From contig RSEE01000166.1 in assembly GCA_003971905.1 (NCBI GenBank), positions 1 to 64,000 of the forward strand: DNA of 64,000 bases, read 5' to 3'. Origin of the DNA: Moniliella sp. 'wahieum' (lineage: Eukaryota). A model generated the notes under the pieces. It did not search any database, was not told the origin of the DNA, and saw only the letters and a program-made list of their open reading frames with translations. Shown piece after piece: positions 46,761 to 60,832 of this stretch. Position 1 is the first letter of the stretch, and every line of letters begins with the position of its first letter. Made by a program: the position numbers and the translations under genes.

Positions 46761-47297
46761 GGGGACAAGTGAAATCGTGGCAGAGGGGAGCGATGCAGGC
46801 AGGATGGTATCGAATACAGCAGAAGAGTGCGGCGGCGTGGGGGGGGCGAAAGCAAATGCGAAGTGAAGGCGAGGGCGATGGGCGTCCAGCGCGGGAAACG
46901 AATGGATCGGGGGGTGTGGCAAGAGGCGGTGGGAATGGGAGAGGGAGGTGGGGAAGAGGTGCGGGGAGGGAGCGGTGCGGGGGACGGTGGGGGAGCGGTG
47001 CGGGGGGCGGTGTGGGGGCAGTGCGTGGAGAGGCGAGGACAAGGGGAGGGGAAGAGGAGGAGGAGAGGAGGGAAGGGGCAGATGGTGGTGGCAAACCAGA
47101 CCCGCGCGTCCGTCCTGCCCGCCAGCAGCAGCAGCAGGGGTGCGGAGATGCGCAGGGGGACACTGCCGCTCTGCATGTTCCCCCGCCTGCACCGCCACGT
47201 GGCCCTCTGGCTGCTGAAATTTCACGTGGGGCGGCTGCGTGCATGCATGCATCCACCCAAGCTACACCTACATGAGTGCTACGAGGGGGAGGAGGAA

Positions 47298-48131
47298 CTA
47301 GTAACCGAGTACTTCATCGAGTACCACGTATCCCATTCGCTGCTGCCCTGCTATTACGAACTGACTACTGACTGCTTTCTTCCCCACTCGCCGCCGCCGG
47401 CTGCGCTTCTTCGACCGGCTTCTCCTCGGATGACGATGACTCCGCGTCCGCGGGCTCCCGCTCCGCCTGCGCTGGCAGCGCGGGCATCGTCCACACGCCC
47501 AGCACGTGCTGGCCCACGAACACCAGCACAATGCACAGCAAGCCCGACAGCCACTTGACCATCACCACGGCTGCCGGCAGCCCCGGCAGCAGCGCGCCTG
47601 GCATGACTTGAGGCGTGTAAAAGTCCTCCTGTTGGCGGATGTAGAACCGGCCGTCGACTTTGGTCAGAGCAGCAGCACCACGATCCTATCCGGCCCAGAT
47701 CCCATCCCATGTCCTCGCACGTCAGCATCCTGCTCACAGCCCCCCCTTTGGAAGATAGGGTGCGACCGCACGCATTCAATCCGAGGCACTACTACGTACC
47801 GAGCCCAAGGCGAATGGATCATGCGGATGAGAGAGGGGGGGACGAGATGCTGCCTGGCGTCGACGTAGAGGACCTGGTGCGCTTGATCATAGGCTACGCT
47901 CTTGACATGAATGATGCCGGGCCCTGAGACAAACATGATCTTGAGCCACTGGTAGATGCGGAGGATGGTGGCGTCGCGGCTGGACTCGCGGGAAAACGCA
48001 GTGCAGAGGGGGTGGTCAAAGCTGGCATTGGGCAGAAAGTAGGTTCGCATCGTGGCGGCCTGGTCGGCGGCACAAGGAGCTTCGATCAGCCCCTTGATCA
48101 CGGTCTCAATCTCTTTGGTGGGGTCTTGCAT
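47298..48131 (-). CDS. NTF2-like (SigF-like) domain fungal protein
   Basis: MQDPTKEI..VI..L...YFLPNASFDHPLC....SRD.IL.IYQW...VAYD....LYVD..Q, and QQEDFY downstream. Confidence 0.7.
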
Positions 48132-49425
48132 CCTAGGAGGGTGCGTGCGTGGTGCGGGCAGGTGGTAGGGGTGGAGAAAAGAGGGGGATGGGCGCCGACG
48201 CAAGCCGAGGGTGGATGGGTGGATGCGAAGCGTTGTTTGTCGTGCAAGCGCCTTCGGCTGGGGAGATGCTGGCCAGCGCCCCACCAACCGGCCCCGATCG
48301 CCGTGTCTGCGGGGCAGCCGAGCGAGGATGATGTCATCGGCTGTCTGCGCTTGTACAGGACACACTTGCCCATCCTTGGGCGTCGACGGGATAAGCGAAG
48401 TACCCCCCGACGCGTGGCATCGTCCTACCCCCACACCGCTCGTCCATCAACGCTTGTAGCGTAACCCCCGCTTTCGTCGGCATTCCTTTGGTTGTAGTGC
48501 TCGCCTCATCCGGCGATGGATGTGGCCACTGCATATATGGCGACACCATTAGAATGGGGACGTTGCCGAAGCGAGTCAGGGACATTTTTGTCCAGAGAGG
48601 AACGCGAGGGGGTACGTGAGCTGATGGTTCGACGGGGCCACTGTGCATGGCCTGGCAAAATGAAGAGGTGCATACCAAAACAAAAAAGGCTATTCAGAGG
48701 GCATCAGTCGAAATGAATGCTTTTGCAACACCAACGACTCAATGATCATCTGCATCATCGAGCCAGAGGTGATCGCCCCCGGCACAACTGTCCCGATCCC
48801 TCAGATGGATCGATGAGGGGCGACGAGCCAGGATGAGGGTGTACGTTCTACTGTGCGTTCAAGCATATGAGACTTCTCCGAGCGAAGGAGACAACCCCTT
48901 TAGGGACGATATGGCCTATCCAAATCGTTCCAACCATCTCACAGTCGAATCATACTATACGTGAGGCTACATACATCGTTTACAGCACTACCTCCGATCG
49001 GCACCACGAGCTGCATAACCAAAATTATGCATGGCATAGAGCTGGCGCTGACATGCCAGCGCAGCATTATGAGAGTGGTGAAGGTAGAGTAGTGATACAG
49101 AGTTTTGTACACACGCCAGGGCGGGTTTTGGCTTTTTTTTGGTGTTGGGGGTCGTCCCGAGTACCCCACCGCCTGAACGTCTGTAGGGACAGGCAGGCAG
49201 AAAGGTTGAGAAGGACGGGGCGTGGGGGCCAGCGAAGCGCCAGGCAGGCAAGGTGCGGGGAATATGAAGGCAGCACAGGGTAGGGCAGGGCCAGAGCGCC
49301 CCCGGCTCCAGGGCAAAGGGTGAGAGGGCAACAACAGCAGAGGCAGTGGTACGGAGAGAGGGCAGGTGACATGTCACTGGGACATTTGACGCTGGGCCTG
49401 CGCTTTGTGGTCTGCACCTTGGGCT

Positions 49426-50992
49426 TCACTTGGTACGACGGCGGCGTTTGCTGGGTCGAGGGTTGCAGCTATCCAAGGGAGTGGGTGTGAGTTCCATTTC
49501 GTCCGGTTCCAACGTCGCTGCATCGTCCAACGACGCGTACCCCTTTTCGTCAGGCCCACTCGTCAGGCCTGGCGAGTCCAACAAACTCGCACCATTCAAC
49601 AACAGCATGGTAGGTTCCACTCCCGATTCGACCGACAACTTGTCCTCCCACTCGTCCCCAGACGACAGGGGCGACAAACTGCTGGTTTCTTCTTCCTCGG
49701 TTTCCCACGAAGGGAAGAGCGCCGCGGCCTTTTCCGACATGCAGCGCCACGTCGCAACGCAATCTTCCAATTCCGTCACGGCGCCCCAGGGCGAGTGGTG
49801 GGTGGCGGCCAGCACTTGCATCACATGGGCCATCGCGCGCGCTTGCACGTGGCCCATCTGTTCCATGTGCCGCTTGAGCGTGCCCAGTTGAGCCTGCAGC
49901 ATGGTCATCTCCGATTTGAGCTGGTCCACCTCCGACGACGGGTCGACGGCGGTAGCAGTGCTGGAGGCGGTGGAGCTGACGGAACTGGAGGAGAGGCGCT
50001 TGGTGAGCGTCCGCTCGCCCGTTCGAGGCCAGTAGGACGAGGCAAAGCTGGTCACGAGCGGTGCCGAGATGGGAGCAGCGATCGACTCGCTTCCTGCCGT
50101 CGATTGAGTGCGAGCGAGGGGTTGAGACGCACGTTTTGCGACGTGATCTGCGACGAACCTTGTTGGCTGTGCGCGCCCACCGAGGAAAAGAGGGAGGACG
50201 AAGAGGGCGATGCACTGGACAACTGAGCCAGTTGAAGGTCCATCGGACTCAGACTTGCCCCCGTACCCACCGCTGTGGTTGCGTCTGCGCCAGTGCCAGT
50301 GGGGCGGGGGGACGAGGTCGAGGTAGAGGTGGGAACCGAGCTGGTCGCCCCGGCATTGGCAGCCGTGGCTTGTTTGACCAAGTTGGCCACCTTGGCCGCG
50401 TCGGCTTCGGTGGGCTTGGGCGTCTTGGGGGTCCGGCGCTTGATCTCCTCCATGGCGGCCGGTGCTTGGCGGAGAAAGAGCGGGTGCTTGAAGCACCAGT
50501 CGACAGGCGAAGAAGAAGGACCGGAGGCGTGACCGTTGGAGCCAGGGTGGGCCACATCGGTCTGTTTGACAAAGCCATAAATGTTGAGTTGGCGGATGAA
50601 GGATTGCCAGTTGTTGTGCTTGAAATAGTTGGGCAGCACGTCGCGGGAAAAAGTAACCGAGTCGATGACGCGGAACGCATTGCCAGTGGTCGTCCAGTGA
50701 ATCTGGAGCACCTGCTCATTGTCGAGATGCTGCTGCGCAGCTTGCGTACAAAGGCGGGGATGCGTTTCTTGGCTGCCTCACTGAGTTCGGGTGGCAAGTC
50801 AACCGACATGGGCGCAGACGGCACTGGCGCTGGGCCCGGAGCCGGGGTGGCGGTGTTGGGCGAAGGGGAGGCCGAGGACGAAGATAAAGACGCGGGCGAG
50901 AAAGACGGAGAAGGCGAGCAGGTTAACGTCGGGGCGATGCTCAGTACGGGCCCAGGGGGCGGCGCAGCTGGCACAGAGACGGTGGTGGCCAT
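49426..50992 (-). CDS. HSF-type DNA-binding domain transcription factor
   Basis: PAFVRKL; IHW...GNAFRV.D...FSRDVLPNYFKHNNWQSFIRQLNIYGFVK; WCFKHPLFLR...IKRR; downstream coiled coil EVDQLKSEMTMLQAQL. Confidence 0.92.
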
Positions 50993-53900
50993 GGGGGCAA
51001 GTCGAGGTGGGGCCGTAGCGATGCAGAGGGGGATGGACGCGAGCAGAGCTACCTACCGTGCCGAAGCGAATCGGACGGCAGCAATCAAATGGGCGGACCG
51101 TTCGAGCAGGCGAGGCCAGGGGGGGGGGAGGGGGAGGGGAGGGAGGGAGGGGGGGGAAGAGGGGGGGAAGAAAGGATGCGCTCGGCGAGCAGAGGGGCCG
51201 GGGACGGCAAACCGAGATGTTGGAGGTGGTGAACGCTGGCGGAGTGGGCAAGTCGTTTGTCATATATCCTGCCAGCCCTGGTTAGTCGGGGGGCAGACCA
51301 CACACTGGCGCCACGCCGTCTCCGGGAGCGCCGAGGCCGGCAGCCGCCAGCCGCTGTTGGGCGGCGGGGGTCGTGCGCACACTGGCGCAGTGCGGGTGCC
51401 GGCGAGTCAGCAGCGTTGCGTGGGAAGCGTCGCGGCGGAGCGCTGAGCGCAGGCCAGCCGGCCCAGACACGCCCAGACACGCCCAGACACGCCCAGCGCA
51501 GCCACGGCCTCGGCATCGCACTGCGCTGTGCGTGTGATTAGCTGGCGCATGTGACACACGGGTGACACGCACCCGCCCAGCCTGCCTGACCAACCCCGCG
51601 CCCGCCCAACCCTACTGAATTTCGCACCGTACACTGCCCGCATGCCCGCGTAATGCGGCACGGCTGGGCGCAATAACACGAACTGAGCTCAGCCTGAACG
51701 CTTTTCCTCGTTGCTCATCTCCGCTCTCCGCTCTCCGCTCTCCGCCCCCAAACTCCCCGCGCTGGCAGATTGACTCTCCCACCAGGTGCCTTGCCGTCGC
51801 AGGCAGTGGCACACTGTGGCTGGCCGTGGCTGGCAGTGGCACGCAGTGGCGCGCACCCGCGGCGTGTCAGATCTCAGATGGCCTCCGCGGCTCAGCGCTC
51901 CGCAGGACTCCGCCTCTGAAAATCTGAAATGAGATCGTCTGAGGATCTCAGGCGCAGCGCTCCGCCGGGATTGACACTGGCGCCGTGCGCTTCAATCCCA
52001 CTGAGACATACTCAGCTCACGCAGTACGCCAGCCTTAAAGCTTTGAAGCTGCAATTAAAAGGTACCCAGGCGCCAAGCCCAGCCTGCCCAAGCCTAGTCC
52101 TGGCACAGCGCCACTGTACCGGATACCGCCTACCGGCACCCCGTAGTGGGTTGTGCGCCGCCCCAGACGCCCGCCCTCGGCCTCCTTCCCTCCGGCCCTC
52201 AGGCTGAGGCCTCAGGCCTCCCGCGTCACGCGTCACCGGCTACGCGCTCCGCGACGCGCGTTGCGGGTCAAGGACTGTCCATATGACATTGTGCCACGTC
52301 ACTATGACATGGAAATGTCGAACTCAGCCGGAACTACCATCCATGGCGGTTACGCGGGTCTTTTTCTAATGCAGGCAATGCGGTTGAACTGTCGGTAGCC
52401 GGCCGTGCGCTGCATTGCTGCTCGCCTCACGCTGCGCTCCCGACGGGTTGAGCTGAGCTCAGCGTTATTTACTCAACTGAGTACTCAGTACAGAGTTACA
52501 GAGAGTGCAATTGGCCAACCGGGGTAGCAAAAAAGTGGATAAGCACGTGGAAAGGCGGTACGCGGTACGTGAGCCGTGTGCATGAACGCGTGGGCGGAAT
52601 CATTAATCATCTACTACTAAGCACAGTCGTTGCCACCTTTTGGGCTGGAGAACGTGAATCCCCCTCCCCCAACTGTGTGATTGTGGTGAGTGTTCAACGT
52701 ACGTTCAACGAATTAATGAACGCGGCGTTGAACAACGTTGAGTCCGTGGAGTCCGTGAGTACGTTGAGTTGCGGGGAGGCCTGGGGTGGCCGGTGCGAAG
52801 AACGTCGAGCAAGTGACTAGTGAAATTTGAATGCAAACAATTGAAACGAAATAGTATCCGCACGTGCTCCTACAGTCACTATAGTCACTTGACTAAACCC
52901 TTTGTCTGGGCGCTAGGGCAGGGGTGAGGGGTGTGATGCATGTGAACACTACTCTGCGATGCAGGCTCAGAAACGGCCCTGAGGCCTGAAGTGGAATCTG
53001 AGATCTTGAGAGATCTGATATCAAGTAGACTTGCCACCTGCGCTTTCCGGTCTGCCCGCCGGGTTTGACATTGTACAGGTTTGAGTCTTCTGCTCTGAGA
53101 TCGATCCCAATTGGCCTTCCACACACGAGTCACGATTGGACCATGCAAGCGCAACTACCTTGCTTCTCCATCCTCTTGCGGTCGCCGTCGCCGTCGTCAT
53201 CTTTACATTTCGCCCTCCTTCCTCCCCAGCCTCTCCGATCCTATCCCCCCTTCCCTTCTCGCGTCAGCCGACCGCATGGAGTCCTGGTGAGTCTGCGTCG
53301 GTTGTCTGCTCCGCCACGGTTGTGCGGCTGTATTGTTGTGCCGCTTTTCTGTCCTCGTGCACGGGGCAGCTGTAACGGAAATCACGCTGGCCGCTGCCGC
53401 TTCTACTTGGCGATACTGCTTCCGGAGTCTTGTGCCCCGCCCACCGCGTGCACTTGCAGATTCACCATTATCATCCATTGGTATCTCCGAGTCCCATGCG
53501 CATTTTCCGCATGCCCTCGTCGCATCCGCTCTGGTCCACAGCTTCTCCACCGTGCTGGTTTCTCGCGATCCCTCTGCGCGGTAGTACGCTCACCCAACCC
53601 CCCCAGCTGGAGGGCCAGTCGCCCTCGACGCGAATGGACGGTGCGCTCGCCTGATCAATTTTGGACCACCACTTCCCTTCGGCCGCATCCATGCTTTCCT
53701 TTAGTGCTAAGCACTTGGCAATCTCAGTCAAGACACCTGCCTCCGCGCACTACGATTACCGCCTCTGTTACCTAATGCTGTTTAACCACTGAACCTGGTC
53801 TTCCCTGTGCGGGTGGAAAGAGAAGGGTGCCCAATGCGGGTCGTGCCGCGTCGCGGACCAGTTCGAGAAAGGAGTGGTAACAGCGAGGGGCGAGACGCAT

Positions 53901-55346
53901 TCTCAGCAACCGATCCGACCTACGTCTGGAGCTGGATCGAGATGAGCTAGCGCCTTGGGCCATTCTCAACCCGCTTATTCAACCCACCCCTTGCTCGTTG
54001 GCCACCCCGAGCCGGTCGTTTCGATCTCTGTCGCTTCGTTCACCCTGCCGATAGGCACGAGGACAGGAGGGCCTCAGCGAACTGGACACGCGGTGGAGCA
54101 ACAGCCCACGGGGGCGCAACAGCGGTGCGGTCGGTAGGCGTGCCTGAGAAGAGCGGAACGAGCCCGGCTTCGAAATGGGCCAAGGGATGCATTCACTGTT
54201 GTTGCTGTTTTCAGTAGGGCCAGATGGGGTTTACGTGTTTACGACGGCCGACCCCGATTCCGGAGGCGGTTTGCTGGGTTGGCCCGCCGATCGATGGGCT
54301 CATAGTATGCCGCTAGAGACGAGGGGTGGGGGTTGGGATGGGGGTAGAAGGGATGGGAAGTGACTTGAGGCGATCCGGTATGCGTTTCAACACCACCCCT
54401 CGGAAAACCACCAAGACAGTCCGCCAGTCCTGCTCCGCGGTTGAGCTGTGGCCAGCTTCCCGTCCCAGCCTGTAGCCTCGACTGGGCTGGTACCAGACCT
54501 AGGGTAGCTCCTAGCCCCCTGACCAGTGCTGGTACGGACGTTGGCCCCAGCAGCAGCGGGGCGAGGAGGATGGTGGAGGGAAGAGGGATGGGTGCTGCCC
54601 ATGGCTCCCTCCTCCCTCCACATCGGCGCCCACATTGGTGAAGCACGCGTGGGGCGAGGCACCTTCCCTGCCACGGGCTTCGTCAGATGAGTCCATACTA
54701 TGCAGCCTCTGTGTTTGCGGGCGGGGACGTCGTCGCACAGTGTGCTTGCACCGTCCTTTTTGGGGGGGGCAGGGGCCGAGTAGGCGGTGTATAGCCACCT
54801 CGTCCAGCCTCGACCTTCAAGCTTCACTCCCGCAAGGCAGGCCGCAGATGATCATGGACAGCATGGTAGGTTGGAAACGATCAGGTGTCCACAAGATTGA
54901 TGTGTCGAGATGGTGCTCGTCCGGAACGGCTGTGGGCGCACCCTGGTGTCCCTTCTGCGGGCAAGCCGACGTTTATTTCGACCTGCGGTCTCACGGACCG
55001 GTCGCCCCAACCAAGACGGAGGGATGCGTCGCGAGGCGTGGGCAGCGTGGACGTGGAATGGGGCGCCCATAGCAGGCATCGTCGGCCGGGGCTCTCCACG
55101 CTGTGGATGGGGCGCCCAGAGGCGATAAGAAGCGGCGCTGGAGGGCACTGCCGCGCACTGCCCCTCCCCAGCCCGCTCGGCTTTGGGCGGCAAGTGGCGG
55201 ATCCTGCCGGGGCCCACACCAGCGGGTGTCTCACGCCTGTCTTACTTCTCCCGCAGAGGCTGCTGGACAGATAAACGCTTTTAAGCCGTCGCACCCCTTC
55301 GACCCTCTCTCTCCTCAACGCCTCTGCCCAGCCCTTCCCATCGCCC

Positions 55347-57034
55347 ATGCGTCTCCCTCCGCCTCCGCCGCCGCTCCCGCCCTCGCTCGCTCGCTCTCCA
55401 CCGTCGCACGCACCGTGCCCCCACGCACCCCGCCCCGCCCCCACCCGCTCGCACCCAAGGCCATCGCACCCAGCGCCCCAAGCGCCTCGAGCGCCCCAGC
55501 CCCGGCTGCGCCGCATGCTGCGCCCTCTCTGACCACCCATTCAGCCCGTACCGCCCGTCCATCGCGCTTGGCAGTAAGTTCTGTGCTGAACGATGGGACG
55601 GCGAGCATGGCGCTGCGTACGCCTGGTCTCACTTTCTCGACCCGCATCCGACGGGGCAGAGGGAGGTAGCCAAGACCAACCTGTGCACGGCGGTGCGGGA
55701 TGCGTTGGAGCACACGCTGGCGCGCGACGAGACGAGCTGTGTGTTTGGGGAAGACGTGGCGTTTGGAGGCGTGTTCCGTGCGACGGCTGGGCTGGCGGAA
55801 CGCTATGGCGTGGAACGCGTGTTCAATGTATGTGCCTTTGTCTGGGTTGGAAGAAGGGGGTGGGCACAGGACGCGACAGGAACGGAGTACTGACGCTGGC
55901 GGCCGGGCGAGCAGACGCCACTATGTGAACAGGGCATCGTCGGTTCGGAATCGGGTTGGCTGATATGGGGCAGACGGCGGTGGCGGAGATCCAGTTTGCA
56001 GATTAGTATGTGCCCCCCCCCCCCCTTTCCTTCCTCTGTTGCTGTCCTACAGATCCCTAGGGACAAACGAGATGGGACCAACCTGACCCCTCTTGTGACA
56101 TGTGATAGTATCTTTCCTGCCTTTGACCAGCTCGTCAACGAAGCGGCCAAGTACAACTATCGCTCGGGTGGCCAATTCACCGCGGGCAAGCTCACCATTC
56201 GCTCACCGTGCATGGGCGTAGGGCGTACGTATCTTTCTTTCGGTTGGGTGCATGTACACGCACCGACATGGAAGCTGGGGATGCTGGCTGTGTGGCTGAC
56301 ATGACGCGTGATGGATGGATGGATGGTCGTCGCAGATGGTGCCCTGTACCACTCCCAGTCGGTCGAGCAATTCTTCATGGCCGTACCGGGGCTGAAGGTG
56401 GTGATTCCACGCAGCCCGGTGCAGGCCAAGGGTCTGTTGCTGGCCTCGATCCAAGACCCGAACCCGGTCGTGTTCCTCGAGCCCAAAGCGCTCTACCGTT
56501 CTGCCGTCAGGGAGTCCCGACCGACGCATTCACTCTTCCGCTCAGCACGGCTGAGGTGGTGCGGGAAGGCAAAGACCTAACCCTGATCACGTGGGGTGCG
56601 CCGGTGCACACGTGCGTGGCTGCGGCGGAGCTGTTGGCTCGGCCGTCAGAAGCGCTCAAGGCGCATGTGCCTGCTGCCTGGCCGGGGCAGGTGGAGGTGA
56701 TTGACCTGCGCACCATCCTTCCCTGGGACCGGGACGGAGTGGTGGCCGCGGTGCAGCAGCGACGGGACGCTGTTGGTGGTGCACGAAGCGCCGGTCACCA
56801 TGGCGTCGGAGCCGAGGTGGCGGCGGCGGCAGGAGGACTGCTTCTTGTCGCTGGAAGCGCCGTTGGCCGGGTGGGAGGGTTCGACCTCCGTTCCCGCACA
56901 CCCAGGAGCACTTTTACAAGCCGGATGTGGTGCGCGTGCTGGATGCGGTATGTGCTGTGCGGCCGACAGACGGATGTGGAGGATACTGACCTGACTGGAT
57001 TGGGTGGACAGATGATGCGGACACTGGCGTCTAA
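55347..57034 (+). CDS. BCKDHB: branched-chain alpha-keto acid dehydrogenase E1 beta subunit, mitochondrial
   Basis: [105 protein letters not shown]. Four introns. Confidence 0.95.
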
Positions 57035-57288
57035 GCGTTACAGTCTCGAGCGAGCGGAGCAACCGCAACACGCATGGGGATGGCCCAGGGTAGGACTGTG
57101 ATGGCATCGTATGATAGAACCGCTCGTTGGTCTCGTCGACAGGTCTCTAGAGGTTCTTTGCTGTGCACAGCAAGCTGAGGTAGCCAGCTTGTCGCCTCAG
57201 GCGAGGGGGAGAGGTGGACAGATGCCACAGGGGTACTGTCATCGTTTGTCGGCACTGCCGTGATACGAGGAGGCAGGACGGACAGCAA

Positions 57289-57382
57289 GGCGAGATAGCG
57301 AAGTGGTCTAACGCGCTGTGTAAGGAATCCCTTCCATAACCGCAGTCCTCCGGGGCGTGGGTTTCGAATCCCACTCTCGTCA
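57289..57382 (+). tRNA. tRNA-Leu (probably AAG anticodon) with short intron
   Basis: Acceptor GGCGAGA/TCTCGTC-A; D arm AGCGAAGTGGTCTAACGCG; anticodon stem CTGTG/CGCAG around TAAGG plus a ~14-nt intron; long variable arm; T arm GTGGG-TTCGAAT-CCCAC; TTTT terminator follows. Confidence 0.88.
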
Positions 57383-57696
57383 TCTTTTGTTGCTGTGGTG
57401 GGCCCCTGCTGCGCCCCCCGCCGCCCTGCCCAGCCCCGCTTTGGGCACTCCGATCCAAGCGAAACTGTCCCGTGCTCGTCAGCAGGTGGGTGCGTATCCG
57501 CCCGGTAGCACAGCCACCGCCTGCGCAGCACAGACACAAACCGTATCATATATCACCCTGAATAATTCCGAGCCCCCATGGACGGATTTCCCAGGCGTTG
57601 CAAGCGTCCTCGCGAGCGGGTGGCTCTTTGGCGTTTGCTCTTTCGCCCCCAGGCATAACCCTCGCACCTCACTTCTGGTTCGCTCTTTCCAACCCC

Positions 57697-59170
57697 ATGG
57701 CAAGCAAAGGTCTCTTGGGCGGGCTGTCGTTGCCGCTGGTAACCGTGCGAGGGGGCGGAGGCGCTCTGGTGGCCGTGTGTCGGCGCCCGCGGCAGTCCTG
57801 CGGTGGCCCAGCGGCCGAACCTGTTCCTGCTCCTTGTCCCCGGCAACCCCGGTCTGCCGAGCTACTACCTGGACTACCTCTCCGCCTGCACGCCCATCCC
57901 TGCTCCAAGGCCGCGTGGAGATTTTGGCCGTGGGACATGTGGGCCACACGGCGCTGCCGCGGACGGTACCTCGGTCGAAGCCGGTGCGGTGCTGCTCGTT
58001 GCAAGACCAGATCCAGCACAAAGTCCGCATTGTCGATCGCATTCGTGCCACCTACCCGCGTCTGGGCGCGGGGGAGCCAGGAGAGGAGGTGGAGGTGGTG
58101 CTGTGTGGCCACAGTGTGGGCGCGTACATGCTGCTCGAGATACTGAAACAACGCGCAGCGCAGTTGGATGGCCTGCATCTGCTCTTCCCGACCGTTGCCC
58201 ATATTGGTTCGGCACCCAATGCGCCCGGGATCCGAGTACGTGTTGGCTGGCCGGCCTCCTTCCCAGCTGGTCTTTCTCGTCCTTCAACCCGTGCTGAGAG
58301 CGAGGAGACGCCGAGCCTGGCCCAGCCGCGGTTTCGTACTGACTCTGTGCTCTTCGTTTCGTTTCTCCCAGGTTCTTGCGTCTTGGCCCTTCCGGCAGAT
58401 CGCGCAGGGCTTCTGCCTGCTTCTCAGTGTGCTGCCCTTTTATTGGCTTGCCGTGTTGGTGCATTGGATTACGGGGCAATCGCTGACGCCCAGTGCGGCC
58501 GAGACGACAGCGACGCTGCTTTCGACGCCCGGGGCCGTTACCAACGCGTTGCGAATGGCGCTGGAGGAGTTTGACGAGATTGGGGATGTACCCGCCGAGA
58601 CGATTGAGGCACTGCTGACATTTACCCACCCGTCTCTTGCGCCCGGGACGACGCCGGCCCGACGCAAGGCCGGTGTGGTTCGTAGCTATTGGGCCGCTGG
58701 CGATCGGGACCATTGGGTTCCCGAGTGGATCCGGACACATTCAGAGCAAGTGCTCAAGTTGTTGCCGACGCGCGTACACCCCCGTTCATGTACCTGCGCA
58801 TGTCGCTGGCGTTCCGGACGAGGAGAGCGAGGCGATTGTGCAGGCGCTGACGCACGAGGAGGGGGAGCAGGTGGTCGCCAGCACAAAGGCGAAGGACAGC
58901 ACAAGTGCCACCCCCCGCACCGCGCACGACGTGGACGAGGAAGGCGAGCAGTTGCCGGTTCGGACGGCCACGGTGTGTGAGGTGGGGATGCCGCATGCGT
59001 TCTGCCTGGAGTGTGAGTCTAGTGGCGTGCCGAGGGAGGAAGGGGGCGGGGAGGAAAAGGCGAAAGCGGGGCGTGAGAGTGCTGACTATCTTCTGTCTCC
59101 TACGCGGCAGATTCGGCGGAGATGGCGCGCATCTCGGCGCATTGGTTGGCCTACGACCATGGTCTGGTAG
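57697..59170 (+). CDS. lipid-droplet-associated serine hydrolase (LDAH/DUF2305-like alpha/beta hydrolase)
   Basis: LVPGNPGLPSYYLDYL, SLQDQIQHK, GHSVGAYM nucleophile elbow, LLFPTVAHIGSAPN, DHWVP, MPHAFCL. Two introns. Confidence 0.9.
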
Positions 59171-60023
59171 ACAAGTAAGGATGGAGCAGGTCGCCTTGAC
59201 GGAGCGGGGGCGGGCTCCCCTGATGGACCTAATTGTTTCGTTCCGGTTCTGCCGCTTCCATCTTTTCCATCAAGGTCGTGACGGACGTGGCGCCGATCCC
59301 TGCTAAGATTCACTGGCAAGCGCGCCTAAAGAGATGAAGGTGGTGCCGGATAAGCAGTACGTGTATGCGCCCCCGACACGTGAGGACAACCACAATGCGA
59401 TTCTTGATGGCTGTACCTCCCCCTCTGTGCGGGTTAGCGCGAACAGTGCAATGGAGTGTCAATCTAGCCCCCGTCCCCCTCAAGTCTCATCGTCAGAAGC
59501 TACCTATAAATTGCTAGGAAGCGGTGCTATGCTGGGCTGGGGGAGAAGGTAATCCGGTCGTAACTAGAACGAAGGAGCGCGCTCTGCGGTGGGTGTAGTG
59601 GATAGAGGTCGCCGGAGATACAAGGAGCAGGTTTAGCATGGGGTTCAGACACGGTCGTGCGCATCTGTTCCAACTGGATAGGGTCGCAGAGGACCAGATG
59701 GGATACAGACAGTTGTCCGCGCACGATCAGGATCATGTGCGGGAGAAAGATCGGGACAGAAGAAACAGAGTGGGGCGAAGAAGAAAAGAATGCCAGACCT
59801 TTCCCTCTTGGCCAGTTCACGTGGGAGCGGCGAATTTAGGACAACGCGGGCGCACCCAACTTCATCACGACGGTATCTGCTTTCCCCCCTTTCCTGCCAC
59901 CCGGTCGGCCCACGCACCAGGGCAGAAACATCGGTTCAACGCTCGGGGATTCTGTGCTGCGGTGCGACGAACCCAGTGTGCAGAGGACGATACGACCAAT
60001 TGCGCGTCCCAGCCCGCAGCCTA

Positions 60024-60832
60024 GACGGGAAAGGAGACACGTGAAAAGGAGAAGCAGATCGACCTTCCCCCATAGTTTGGTCTACCACGTCTGCATATGC
60101 TCGTCCGCGCCCCTGGAGATGGGGGTGGACGCTGGAACGGGAGCAGGAGTAGGAGCAGAAGCAGACAGGAGCAGGAGCAGGAGGGGCGTGGTCCGGCTCA
60201 TCGCTGTACCCAGCCACGAGAGCAGACCATTGCTGGTCAGGGGCAAGGGCGTGGAGCTGTTCGGGGGCGAGTTTGCTCTTGCTCTGGCTGTCTGCCGTTG
60301 CCCGGGCAGGGTAGGGCGGGCGAGGCGCAGCGCCGTTGGGCGGGATGGCGTGTGCTGGCGGAGGGAAGGCAGCATGCTCTGCCTCCAGTGGATCATGGGG
60401 ATCGGCGGCAGATCGATCTGGCGCGGGTTGCCACCAAAGCCATAGTACTCGTCGGAGAAGCGGGCCACCTGCCACCTGTGAGGCCATCAGTCAGTCAGTC
60501 AGTTGCTCCGCCCGGACGACGGCCCTATCACAGCGGGCCGCAGGCCCGGTGTTGTCTTTTTCCCCCGAGGCCAAGCAAAACAGGGGGTGGACACGCACAT
60601 GCCGGTCGCTGCGTCCCATTGGGGGCCGCGTTGGGCGCGGGCCCAGACCAACAGCGAGTTCCACTCGGCGGCAGAGATGTAAGGCTGGGCGTCGGGCGCA
60701 GAGGCGGCGGCGGCCTTCCATGGTGGGGGCGGATCAAGAGGGTCCGGTGGGCGGAGGCGGGGCGGGTGCGCCGCGGGCAAGAACAGGGGCGCGGACGATG
60801 AGCTCGCGTGCGGGGGCCAAGGTGGGCGCCAT
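60024..60832 (-). CDS. hypothetical protein
   Basis: Spliced reading QPYISAAEWNSLLVWARAQRGPQWDAATGM|WQVARFSDEYYGFGGNPRQIDLPPIP with a GTGCGT...CTGAC...CAG intron at ~60476-60598. Boundaries uncertain. Confidence 0.55.

Noticed and set aside
23786..51446. Many long antisense or alternate-frame ORFs in the ORF track
   Set aside because: R/G/P/A-rich shadows of GC-rich real genes, with no independent motifs.
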